64,000 nucleotides of DNA, from contig SXOO01000119.1 in assembly GCA_005776725.1 (NCBI GenBank), positions 4,687-68,686 on the forward strand. Direction: 5' to 3'. The position numbers were made by a program, and so were the translations under genes. Below are positions 10,601-17,687 of the stretch, one piece after another (positions within the stretch are counted from its first letter, which is position 1; each line of letters begins with the position of its first letter). Source of the DNA: Pseudomonadota bacterium (GTDB lineage Bacteria > Myxococcota_A > UBA9042 > GCA-2863065). The notes below the pieces were generated by a model, which saw nothing but the letters and a program-made list of their open reading frames with translations, did no database searches and had not been told where the DNA came from.

Positions 10601-11432
10601 GAACTGCGACGGCACCCTGGGCCAGGGACACTCCACCATGCCGCTCGAGGTCTCGGCGCCTTACTCCCTGCCCCAAGTCGCCGTGAGGATTGCGATCACC
10701 GATCCGGCTACGGTGAAGGCCGTGGGTGATCCGCGCACGATCCGCATCTATGCGGACCCTGTGCAGTTGCCCTACGTCACCGCGTTCGGCGGGCTCCCCT
10801 ATTTCGTGGCGGAGTACGACGGCAGCACCCGGCTCGTCTTGTGGGTGCGGATGGACGTCGTGGGCGGCGCTTCCGTCCCGCTCTACCTCTACTACGGGGG
10901 GAAGGTGGCCGTGACGGACCTCGCGCATCAGATCTTCCTCGCGTACTCGGCCATCCCGGACGCCGGTTTCACCCTGGATGTCGACTCGGGGGGACCGCCG
11001 CAGGCTTCTCTGGTGACCTCTGCGCTCGGCGGCCACGGGACCGCCCTTCGGCTGTCCGAGGGCGGCACGTCGCCGTCGAAGTGCGGTCAGCACACGCGCA
11101 TCCTCGTCAGCGGGAGCTTCGAGGCGCCGCATTCGGGCGTGGCGCGTTTCGCCGCCATGGGCCGAGTGGACTGCCCGACGTGCCAGCTGGTGCTGAGGAT
11201 CAACGGACAGACGGTCGCCACCAGCACCTACAACGGCGCCGGGTACCAGCCGGTGGAGGGAACTCTTGACGTGGGTGAGGGCACCAACAGCTACGCCATC
11301 GGGTTGGTGAACACGGCACCGTGCTCACACCTGGGCTCGGTCACGTTCGACGACTTCCTGATCACGATGTCTACGTCACCGGCTCCGACAGTGAACCCGC
11401 GCTACGACCAGATTCAGGCGGTGTGTCAGTGA
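4686..11432 (+). CDS. giant calcium-binding lipoprotein with thrombospondin type-3 repeats (2248 aa)
   Basis: The ATG at 4686 gives MTLSPRSIFAAMSFLGACAAPD (lipobox FLGAC). Next come an EGF-like Cys region and 5 CNGxDDDCDGxTDE modules. These are followed by about 41 DNCPxxxNxxQxDxDxDGxGDxCDxDxDxDGxxDxxD units. Two more CNGIDDNCDG modules and a C-terminal about 270-aa domain follow; its LYLYYGG motif is DUF2341-like and the remainder LamG-like. Confidence 0.9.
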   Translation: MTLSPRSIFAAMSFLGACAAPDTAVTGVDVPLGSDDIVDVAQGGEVASGELPVTDLAPSSDLVTAEDATPPDPDAALPSEPCAPCEDTCEGLTCIEGFCLAPCADGACDDGAVCEGGLCRPAGGECACRPGVDADRSCSVENAHGSCEGTERCTGFTWICDAGVPAEETCNGADDDCNGLTDDLAPRPCSQTNAVGSCSGLETCAGGVWSPCSAAVPVAESCNGADDDCDGQTDGLPPAPCAASNAEGTCTGTQACEGGSLAACTAAVPEPESCNGADDDCDGQTDEQPPAPCDVDNAFGSCTGFSACTLGSLGPCDAPAPAAELCNSADDDCDGETDEDLTAEPCLRTNAFGACPGSWACEAGEFGECAGPDAAPELCNGVDDDCNELIDELSECTTDTDSDGWLDFEDLCDEVFETAQLDTDGDGAGDLCDADDDDDGVLDVDDLCTLLAGPTPPDLDEDGLGDPCDPDDDADTVPDIVDVCPAFYDPKQLDFEGDGLGNPCDPDDDGDAVLDEVDNCAFAANPKQSDVDKDTMGDACDLDADNDGLFGEADNCPIHANIGQADNEGDGKGDPCDLDDDNDDLDDEDDNCPTVSSTDTTDPDNDGLGAPCDPDDDNDSVPDTHDNCRVVKNPTQENLDGDSLGDACDSDRDGDALLDSKDNCPGISNPTQADQDEDDVGDVCDPDRDGDGVLNGVDNCPDLPNTAQADLDKDLIGDACDGDRDNDGVANSKDLCPDAADPSQLNTDGDGTGDACDTDDDGDGRADSADNCPLHANGDQANQDGDGAGDACDPDIDGDGRLNPSDNCVTVPNSDQQNHDSDPFGNACDSDDDDDGFADISDACPTLFEFFQFDSDKDGLGNACDDDDDNDKRLDGDDNCPLHPNFDQADADNDGRGDPCDADGDVDGLLDGQDNCPIVFNPDQTNSDGDAQGNACDLDDDNDAVADAQDKCPVVFDPAQFDTDQDGKGDACDLDDDGDGVADTTDNCVAVANSDQTNTDGDSLGDRCDTDDDDDGKVDGQDNCPLVENANQADQDKDGVGDLCDADRDGDGLANANDNCPVVINPNQGDLDTDGVGDVCDTDRDGDTVLDANDNCPTKANKNQANMDGDAQGDACDGDADGDATDDSIDLCPGLFDDQLDTDHDGKGDACDSDDDGDGHLDLGDNCPRVSNPTQADSDNDKKGDACDGDADGDGLEFAADNCPSVANPDQADLDRDGIGDICDVDRDGDSVVDLQDRCPFVFDDQTDTDTDGLGNACDTDDDGDGKPDATDVCPLVKDPTQLDTDGDGQGDQCDSDQDNDGVSNTFDNCPKTANSTQSDIDGDDLGDACDDDRDGDGLKNNVDNCPSADNDDQTDSDGDKQGDACDPDDDGDGVADATDNCPDQSNPEQFDTDEDKVGDPCDGDRDGDGAPNGTDACPDLADDQTNTDGDSLGDACDLDDDNDFVIDLADNCLLVKNPSQSDLDKDLVGDACDSDSDNDGRGDKDDNCPLAANVNQADLDKDGVGDMCDEDDDADGIADTTDNCVIVPNSNQQDSDQDFVGNACDPDDDNDQKPDDLDNCPTIANADQADVDNDGLGDLCDVDQDGDGHSDVSDNCVAVVNPTQEDKNGDGEGDACDVDDDGDGVPDLTDLCPRDPDPAQLDIDNDGKGTPCDDDDDGDGILDGPDNCNLVANPAQKDSDGDSAGDVCDPDDDNDGLADGEDNCSLHFNPTQIDTDNDQIGDICDVDFDGDGVPDATDNCSYVANGNQANADGDPQGDVCDSDDDNDARPDESDNCSTVPNSQQENADGDGQGDACDTDDDNDGKLDGIDICPLLAFEPATDTDGDKMGDACDPDDDNDGYTDAGDNCPTVVNIDQFDADNDSLGDGCDPDDDGDGSLDAADCLPRDASVFPGAPEQCNGIDDNCDGALDVNATGCVSLFENKDGDGYGSSVKACVCLGTPGWALIGGDCDDTTAEAYPGKAEICGNSIDENCDGTLGQGHSTMPLEVSAPYSLPQVAVRIAITDPATVKAVGDPRTIRIYADPVQLPYVTAFGGLPYFVAEYDGSTRLVLWVRMDVVGGASVPLYLYYGGKVAVTDLAHQIFLAYSAIPDAGFTLDVDSGGPPQASLVTSALGGHGTALRLSEGGTSPSKCGQHTRILVSGSFEAPHSGVARFAAMGRVDCPTCQLVLRINGQTVATSTYNGAGYQPVEGTLDVGEGTNSYAIGLVNTAPCSHLGSVTFDDFLITMSTSPAPTVNPRYDQIQAVCQ
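5180..5870 (+). repeat. five tandem Cys-rich CNGxDDDCDG modules of about 46 aa (coding repeat, approximate bounds)
   Basis: The protein repeats E(T/S)CNGADDDC(N/D)GxTD...PC...N..G.C.G...C..G....C five times (EETCNGADDDCNG, AESCNGADDDCDG, PESCNGADDDCDG, AELCNSADDDCDG, PELCNGVDDDCNE). Confidence 0.8.
5880..10340 (+). repeat. thrombospondin type-3 (TSP3) calcium-binding repeat array, about 41 units of about 36 aa (coding repeat, approximate bounds)
   Basis: I counted D(N/L/V/A/K/R/I)C(P/V/S/N/L/A) unit starts manually in the translation, from DLCDEVFETAQ to DNCPTVVNIDQ. Each unit carries two DxDxDG-type acidic loops. Confidence 0.85.
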
Positions 11433-11447
11433 CTTCGCCATCGGGCA

Positions 11448-11467
11448 CCCCGCGGTTCACGGCGGGG
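11448..11467. terminator. GC-rich hairpin between convergent genes (weak candidate terminator)
   Basis: CCCCGC-ggttcacg-GCGGGG, a 6-bp stem with an 8-nt loop, 16 nt after the TGA of the giant gene. No T-tract. Confidence 0.3.
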
Positions 11468-11515
11468 AGACGCGAGGCGGTCCAGGCGCTCCAGTAGCCT
11501 TTGGGGACGCAGGCT

Positions 11516-12445
11516 CTAGGAGGCGGGGGCGCGTCCGCTCCCGAGCCCGAGGCGGCGATTGCCCAGGATCATCCACTGATCGACCTCGGCGAGGACCGTG
11601 CGTAGTGACTCGCCGGCCGCCAGCTTCGCCTGGATCTGCGGCACCAGGTTCATCTCCAACACCTCAGGCAGCCACTTGACCGGCTGCTGGAAGAACGAGA
11701 TCTCCCCGGGCTTGCACGCGCCGATGCGGCCGAAGATGTTGGGGATGAAGAGCTGGACGTTGTCGTCCGAAGCGCTCTCGTAGGTGATGTAGCCGCCATC
11801 GCCGGGCTGCACCGCCGTGTGGTTGCGCTGAGCCGCGCCCAGGCCCCGCAGCATCCGCACAGGCGCCATCAGGCGGGTGGCCCAGAGGTACCGGAGGTTG
11901 CTGGCGTTCTCGCCGTTGGCGCCCTTGCCGTTCGCCCAGTACGTGAGGATCTCGCTGTATCGCTGGGCGTAGTCCCGGATGTTGTACTGCGAGCCGCCCT
12001 GTACGCCCCGCATACCCGGCTGCCCCGGCTCCACACGGAGCAGGATGCGCATGAGCGCGCTCCGATCGCTCCACCAGCCCCCTTCGTACCCCCGGTCGCC
12101 GCCGAAGCGGTAGAGCTGAGTGCCCGCGGGGTATTCCACCACGTTGGCCCCGGCGAGCTGCATGCCACCGGCGGCGATGTCGGCGAACTGCCGGCGACGC
12201 GGGTCGTCGAACAGGGAGAGTTGGTCGAACGGGCGGTCGGGCTTGTCCTCGCACTTCATCGGGCCGGCCAAGTTTTTCTGGCGGACCGCCAGGGACTCGG
12301 CGGTGACGAAGGTGCCCGCCAGGATGTGGCGCTTGTCGAGCCCGTAGTTCAGCACGTTGCGGTGGGCGGTGGGGAACACGTTAAAAGCGCCGAAGCGCTT
12401 GTCGACCCACTTGAGCGGGTAAGAGGCGACGCTGGTGGGAGGCAT
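11516..12445 (-). CDS. hypothetical cytoplasmic protein (309 aa), no recognisable family
   Basis: The ATG at 12445 is preceded by AGGAG about 8 nt upstream (AGCAGGAGTCCACCAATG). It reads MPPTSVASYPLKWVDKRFG... with normal composition. The track's 262-aa upstream extension is R/G-rich junk. No signal peptide. Confidence 0.65.
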   Translation of the reverse strand: MPPTSVASYPLKWVDKRFGAFNVFPTAHRNVLNYGLDKRHILAGTFVTAESLAVRQKNLAGPMKCEDKPDRPFDQLSLFDDPRRRQFADIAAGGMQLAGANVVEYPAGTQLYRFGGDRGYEGGWWSDRSALMRILLRVEPGQPGMRGVQGGSQYNIRDYAQRYSEILTYWANGKGANGENASNLRYLWATRLMAPVRMLRGLGAAQRNHTAVQPGDGGYITYESASDDNVQLFIPNIFGRIGACKPGEISFFQQPVKWLPEVLEMNLVPQIQAKLAAGESLRTVLAEVDQWMILGNRRLGLGSGRAPAS

Positions 12446-12655
12446 TGGTGGACTCCTGCTGATCTCGACGAGCGTGCCAAGTCCGCTTCGCGGCGTCCAG
12501 CGCGCGCGGAGCGAACAAACCTTGAGTGCCGTGCGTTCTGGTGGCCTTGACGACCCGCGCCGGCCGCTGTCCCATGCCGCCCCGGTGTCACCCTTGCGGA
12601 CGGATGGGGCCCGCCCACGTCGCACGACACTCGCCGCCCCCTGAGGAGACCCCGA

Positions 12656-15600
12656 ATGCGTCAACGTCTCGCCCTTGCTGCCCTGACCCTGGGCATCGCC
12701 GCGGCCAGCGGATGTTCCAAGAAGCCGGCGCCCGCCCCGGTCGCGCCGCCCTCGGCAGCGCCCGCCGCCACGCCGCAGACGCCCCAGCCACCGGCCGAGG
12801 CCCCAGGCGTCGCTCCGGTCGCCGCGGCCGGCGTCGCTCTGGCCGCTGACGCGGGTACGGCGGTAGACGTCGCAACGGCGCCCGAGGCGGACGCCGGCGG
12901 AGCGCCCGCGCCGATCGTGCACACGCCACCCCCGAAGGCGAGTCTCACACGCGCGGCGGGCCCTGTGGCCCCCACGGTGCTCGAGGACCGCACGGTGGCC
13001 CCCACCGCGGTGACGGTGCGCGACGGCGCCACGTACGTCGCGCTCGACGTGGCCGGCCTCACGCGAGAGCAGTGGAGCTGGGATACGCGCACGTTCGTGG
13101 GCGGTGGTCGCTCCGGCATGGCGGTGCTCGATCCCGCGTCCGACCGCGTGCTCGTGCGTCTCGTAGGCGAAGAACCCCTGGCGTCGTTCGGGTTGGACCT
13201 CGCCGCGGGCCCGGCACGTGGCGGTAGTCACATAGTCTGGCCGTGGACCTCGGTGCAGGTGACCGTGACCGGCGAGCCGCAGAAGGCCGCGGACCTCGAC
13301 ACCGCGTTCTTCACGGCGCTCGAGGCCTCGCTTCGGGCGTCAGGCGCCTCCGGCGACCCGTTCTGGTCGTTCGTGGCTCAGCGGGCCCTGCTGCTCGCCG
13401 CACGCGGCGATCTGAAGAGCCCCGCTTTGGCGGAGCTGCGTGCCCAGCGGGGCGGCGGCGACATCGCGGAGATGGCCAACCTCTTCACGGGGATGACCTC
13501 GATCGAGGAGGCCCTCCAGGCGGACCGAGGGCTTCGCGTGCGCGGAGCAACCGCTGACACGCGCACCGTGCCGCTCGCCGACGTGGCCCCGGTTCCGCTG
13601 GCGGCGCACGACTGGGACAAGCTCCTCGAGGGCAAGGCATTTGTGATCGAGCCGCTCGCGGCCTCTGTCCCCGCAGACGCGCTGTATCTGCACTTTCACG
13701 ATCTCCGGATGGCCGTGCGCCTCGGCCGCGAGCTCGACGAGTGGCTCACCCCGGTACTGCCCATGATCGAGTGGCGCGCCGGTCCGTCGCACCTCGTGGA
13801 CCGCTACGAGGCCCAGCTGGTCGTGGAGCGGTCGGCGTTGTCCGAGGCGCTCGGGAACCTGGCGGCCGACGGCGTGGCCCTGGTGGTGGGCGATCCCTTC
13901 GTCCGCGAAGGGACCGACATCTCCGTCCTGTTCAAGATCAAGGAGGAGACGCTCCTCCTCGCTTCGCTCGGCACCTACGAGGCGAAGGCCCGCGCCAACC
14001 ACCCGGACCTCGCGGAGACCACTTACGAGGTAGGCGCCTTGTCCGTTCGGCGTTTGTCCACGCCGGACCGACAGGTCGACCAACACCGCGTGAAGCTGGG
14101 TGACGTGCTCGTCATCTCCAACTCGCGCGCGGCCATCGAGCGCTTCGCGGCCGTGGCAGACGGTCGGGAGCCATCGCTCGCAAAGTCCGGTGACTTCAAG
14201 TACTTCCGCGCCAAGTACCCCTTCGATAAGGGCGCCGAGGACGGCTTCGTCTTCGCCAGCGATGCCTTCGTCGCGAAGGCCGTGTCACCCCGCACCCGGA
14301 TCCTGGAGTCGCGTCGCATGGAGGCGCTGGCAGACCTCCGGGCCGTGAACCACGCCGCGCTCATGGCGGCATGGCTCGACGGCAAGCCCACGGCCGAAGC
14401 GAGCGAGCTGGTCCAACGCGGCTGGCTCTCGGACGAGGAGCTGAAGCACTCGGACGGCCGGGCCATCACGCTCGATCAGAAGCAGGGCGCCCGGTCCGAG
14501 TGGGGGGACAGCCGCTTCGTGACGCCGCTCGCCGAGCTTCCGCTCACCACCGTCAGCGAGGCCGAGAAGGCCGCCTACGACGCCTTCCGCACGCAGTACC
14601 AGGACTATTGGCGGCGCTTCGTGGACCCCATCGGGGTGCGGATCGACCTCGACGTCCCCTCGCGGCGCCTAGCCTTCGACATGACCATCATGCCGCTCAT
14701 CAGCGGGACGAAGTACGACGAGCTGGCTGAGCTCTCGGGAGGGGCGCGGTTCAAGCCGGGCGTGGCTCCCGGCACGATGCAGTGGACCTTTGCGGTCGGG
14801 AAAGAGTCGGGCCTGCGCCGCGAGCTGGACGGGGTGACCCGGTTCCTGGCCGGCAAGCTGGAGTTCTCTTGGATCGGCGAGCTCGCGTTCATCGGCGTTG
14901 CCGACACGATGGCGGCCACGGATCTGGCGCTCCTCACCGAGAGCGTCCCCACAGCCGCCGAGCGCGAGCGCGGCTCCGAAGCGGATTGGGCGGCCGCGCT
15001 GGATCAAGCGCCGCTCTATGCCGGCGTCGAGGTCTCGAATCCCCTCGCTTTCGCGGCCACCATGACGGCGGTGCGGGCCCTGGCAGAGAGCACAGTGCCT
15101 GGCGTGGTCACCTGGTCCGAGGGCGGCAAGTTCCGCGACGTCGCCATCACCAAGGTCACCGCGAAGGTGGACGGGTTCGTTCGGAATGCGCGCTCCGTGG
15201 ACTTCGAGTACGCGCTGGCCAACGGGATCTTCGTGTTGAGCATGGAGCGCGCGGCGCTCGAGCGCGTGATCGACGGCATCCTGGACGGCACGGGCCCCGT
15301 GGCGCTGCCGGCCGACAAAGCGACCGGGGGGGCCCAAGCCCAGTTCGCGACCAGCCCGGACACTGGTGGCCTCGCGGCGGCCACGCTGCTCTTGCTCGAG
15401 GACGGCGCCGTGCGGCAGTGGAGCAAAGCCCATCGGGCTGCGGAGCTTCTGCAGCGCGCCTTCGGCGTCACTACGGCCGAGGAGCGCCGCAGCCTGGGGC
15501 TCGCTTACCTCGGCTATGACCCCGTCGTCTTGCAGGGCGGCGACTTCGAGCCGTCGCGCTCCGGCCTGAAGCACTCGCTCTACGGCAGCCCGACCGCTCC

Positions 15601-15745
15601 GACCCTGCCCGAGGTGCCCGTGGCCGGATCGCCCGTGAGCCGGCTCCTCGGGGCGCTCAGGAGCCTGTCGCTCGACCTCGGGATCGAGGGCTCCGGCGCC
15701 GACGAGGCGCTTCATGTGCGCGGAGCTTGGACTCGCTCGGAGTGA
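12656..15745 (+). CDS. large lipoprotein (1029 aa), unknown function
   Basis: The ATG at 12656 has GAGGAG upstream. It reads MRQRLALAALTLGIAAASGCSKK (lipobox), then a Pro/Ala linker, then a long globular region with coding-like composition. Confidence 0.8.
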   Translation: MRQRLALAALTLGIAAASGCSKKPAPAPVAPPSAAPAATPQTPQPPAEAPGVAPVAAAGVALAADAGTAVDVATAPEADAGGAPAPIVHTPPPKASLTRAAGPVAPTVLEDRTVAPTAVTVRDGATYVALDVAGLTREQWSWDTRTFVGGGRSGMAVLDPASDRVLVRLVGEEPLASFGLDLAAGPARGGSHIVWPWTSVQVTVTGEPQKAADLDTAFFTALEASLRASGASGDPFWSFVAQRALLLAARGDLKSPALAELRAQRGGGDIAEMANLFTGMTSIEEALQADRGLRVRGATADTRTVPLADVAPVPLAAHDWDKLLEGKAFVIEPLAASVPADALYLHFHDLRMAVRLGRELDEWLTPVLPMIEWRAGPSHLVDRYEAQLVVERSALSEALGNLAADGVALVVGDPFVREGTDISVLFKIKEETLLLASLGTYEAKARANHPDLAETTYEVGALSVRRLSTPDRQVDQHRVKLGDVLVISNSRAAIERFAAVADGREPSLAKSGDFKYFRAKYPFDKGAEDGFVFASDAFVAKAVSPRTRILESRRMEALADLRAVNHAALMAAWLDGKPTAEASELVQRGWLSDEELKHSDGRAITLDQKQGARSEWGDSRFVTPLAELPLTTVSEAEKAAYDAFRTQYQDYWRRFVDPIGVRIDLDVPSRRLAFDMTIMPLISGTKYDELAELSGGARFKPGVAPGTMQWTFAVGKESGLRRELDGVTRFLAGKLEFSWIGELAFIGVADTMAATDLALLTESVPTAAERERGSEADWAAALDQAPLYAGVEVSNPLAFAATMTAVRALAESTVPGVVTWSEGGKFRDVAITKVTAKVDGFVRNARSVDFEYALANGIFVLSMERAALERVIDGILDGTGPVALPADKATGGAQAQFATSPDTGGLAAATLLLLEDGAVRQWSKAHRAAELLQRAFGVTTAEERRSLGLAYLGYDPVVLQGGDFEPSRSGLKHSLYGSPTAPTLPEVPVAGSPVSRLLGALRSLSLDLGIEGSGADEALHVRGAWTRSE

Positions 15746-15761
15746 CCCCGCGCTGGCGGGG
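15746..15761. terminator. hairpin exactly filling the 16-nt gap between convergent stop codons
   Basis: CCCCGC-gctg-GCGGGG, a 6-bp stem with a 4-nt loop, between TGA 15743..15745 and the LysR stop at 15762..15764. Confidence 0.4.
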
Positions 15762-16655
15762 CTACTCGAGTCCGCGAAGCTCGCCCAGGAGGAAGTCGAG
15801 GACCGCGCGGACCCGGGGCGTCGTGCGGAGATCCCGGTGTACCGTGAGGTACACGCTCTCCGTCGGCTCGTCCGGCATGGGCAGGTAGACGAGGTCGGGG
15901 TCGCTCTCGCCGAGGTAGCGCGGCAGGGCGGCAGCTCCTGCGCCGCTCCGGCAGGCCGCCAGCAGCGCCACGGCGAGCACACACGAGAACGGCGGGGCGC
16001 TGGCCCCCTTCGCGAGCCCGGTGAGCCACGCGGTCTCGGGATCTCCCTCGGCGCCCACAAGCAGGGGGCAGCGTGCGAGATCTTCGGGCTCCCGGATGGG
16101 GTGTCGTGCGAGCAGCGCCTTCGAAGCGTAGAGGCCGTAGCGGTACGTCCCCGCCTTGCGCACCACCAGGGCCGCGTCGCTGGTTCGAAACGTCCTCACA
16201 GCGACCTCCGCCTCGCGGCGGGTGAGGTCGAGCACGGCCCCGCTCGGATCGAGGACGACGTGTAGCCCGGGGTGCCGGGCGCCGAAGGCCGCCAGGCGCG
16301 GGGCCAGCCACGCGATCCCAAGGCTCTCCGGCGCGGTGATCTTCACCCGGCCCACCAGCCCCCCAGACCCGGCGCGGCGCTCGACCGCGAGCACCGCTTC
16401 CTCCACCTGCTCTATCGGCGCCAGCAGCTGCTCGCCCGCCGGCGTCGGCGTGAGGCCTCCGGAGCTGCGAACGAACAGGGTCTCCCCAAGCGCCGCTTCG
16501 GCGGCCGCGACGCGCCTGCCCACCGTGGTGTGGTCAACGCCCAGGACCGCGCCGGCGCGCAAGAGCGACCCTGCCCGCGCGACGGCGAGCACGTAGCGCA
16601 GGTCGTCCCAGTTCAGCGGGTCCGGGGCGTCGGGGGGCTTCTTCACGCCGAGCAT
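15762..16655 (-). CDS. LysR-family transcriptional regulator
   Basis: N-terminal wHTH LNWDDLRYVLAVARAGSLLRAGAVLGVDHTTVGRRVAAAEAALGETLFVR, followed by a periplasmic-binding-protein-like effector domain of typical length (297 aa). Confidence 0.9.
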   Translation of the reverse strand: MLGVKKPPDAPDPLNWDDLRYVLAVARAGSLLRAGAVLGVDHTTVGRRVAAAEAALGETLFVRSSGGLTPTPAGEQLLAPIEQVEEAVLAVERRAGSGGLVGRVKITAPESLGIAWLAPRLAAFGARHPGLHVVLDPSGAVLDLTRREAEVAVRTFRTSDAALVVRKAGTYRYGLYASKALLARHPIREPEDLARCPLLVGAEGDPETAWLTGLAKGASAPPFSCVLAVALLAACRSGAGAAALPRYLGESDPDLVYLPMPDEPTESVYLTVHRDLRTTPRVRAVLDFLLGELRGLE

Positions 16656-16711
16656 CTTCGCATGATCACGGGCCGCCGTGCTCCCCCCCAGGTCCCCAAG
16701 GGAAGCGGGCG

Positions 16712-16737
16712 CGCGCTGTGGAGTTTTGCACAGCGCG
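16712..16737. promoter_or_regulatory. perfect 9-bp inverted repeat in the LysR divergent intergenic region (candidate operator)
   Basis: CGCGCTGTG-gagttttg-CACAGCGCG. It lies 57 nt upstream of the LysR start (16655) and 71 nt upstream of the ATG at 16808. Confidence 0.4.
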
Positions 16738-16807
16738 TCTGCGGGCTCTGGCGTTCCCGTGGCGACGGGCCCGCTCTAGAACCACGCTGAACTACTGGAG
16801 GATCCAA

Positions 16808-17536
16808 ATGCTTCGCACCACCGCCCGCCTCGCCCTGATCGCGCTCCCTCTCGCCTGCACTCCCGCCTCCGGAGGCGGAGGCGCGCACACCCAGCAGCAG
16901 CCAGGGGCAGAGCTCAGCTCCGCGGAGGGGGCGCCAGAAGCGGCGTCCCCACTGGAGACGGACGCACCCGCGATCGCGCTAGACGGCCCGGTCGACGAGG
17001 TGGCCGCCGAGGCGCCAGCATCGCTCTCGGTGGAGCCGATGGTCGGTGTGGGCGGCTCGTGGCTGTGGCTCACGACGAACCGGCCGGCCGACGGCTGCGG
17101 AGCGGCCAACACGTGCCGCGTGGAGGTTGGGGGCTTGGACGCCGAGATCGTCTCGGACGTCTTCGGCCAGATCGTGGCGGTAGTACCGGCCCATCAGCCC
17201 GTGAGCGGCGACGTTTGCTTCGAGTTCGACGGGCACACGGACTGCGTCGCGGGCTTCGAGGTCCTGGAGCGGCCGGTCGTAGAGAGCGCCACGGTGACCA
17301 AGTGCACCTGTCGGTGCACGGCGGCTCGCCAGCTGACCGTGCTGGGGGTGGGCTTCCCCAATGACGCCCAGGTCAGCCTCGACGGCGTCATCCTGGAGTC
17401 CTGGGCGTCTGCGACCTCGATCTACGCGGATATCCCGGACGATCTCGCCCCAGGGCTGAAGATGCTCGTGGTCCGCGCGCCCAGCCACGGCCGGTGCGGC
17501 ACGCCGAGCGCCGGTGTGGAGGTGCTCGTGGAGTGA
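16808..17536 (+). CDS. lipoprotein with IPT/TIG-like Ig domains
   Basis: The ATG at 16808 has GGAGG upstream. It reads MLRTTARLALIALPLACTPASGG (lipobox). The C-terminal LTVLGVGFPNDAQVSLDGVILESW...IYADIPDDLAPG...LVVRAP pattern is IPT/TIG-like. Confidence 0.7.
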   Translation: MLRTTARLALIALPLACTPASGGGGAHTQQQPGAELSSAEGAPEAASPLETDAPAIALDGPVDEVAAEAPASLSVEPMVGVGGSWLWLTTNRPADGCGAANTCRVEVGGLDAEIVSDVFGQIVAVVPAHQPVSGDVCFEFDGHTDCVAGFEVLERPVVESATVTKCTCRCTAARQLTVLGVGFPNDAQVSLDGVILESWASATSIYADIPDDLAPGLKMLVVRAPSHGRCGTPSAGVEVLVE

Positions 17537-17687
17537 GCCCCCGACCTCCTCCAGGGAGGCGCCAAGAGGCCTGCCCAGGCTTCACCGCCGCCGCGAGTTG
17601 CGGCATAGTGCCGCCGACTTTCACGAACGGCGCGGCCACACTCCTGCTGGGGTCGCGAAGTCGCCGGCGCTCGGCGGAGGAACTCGG

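Noticed and set aside
12470-12490. TGGCAC motif upstream of the 11516..12445 gene as a sigma-54 promoter
   Set aside because: The -12 region reads TCGAG instead of TTGCW at the required spacing.
12446-13231. Upstream 262-aa extension of the 11516..13231 ORF
   Set aside because: The composition is R/G-rich junk, it overlaps the 12656 lipoprotein gene on the other strand, and an internal ATG with AGGAG fits better.
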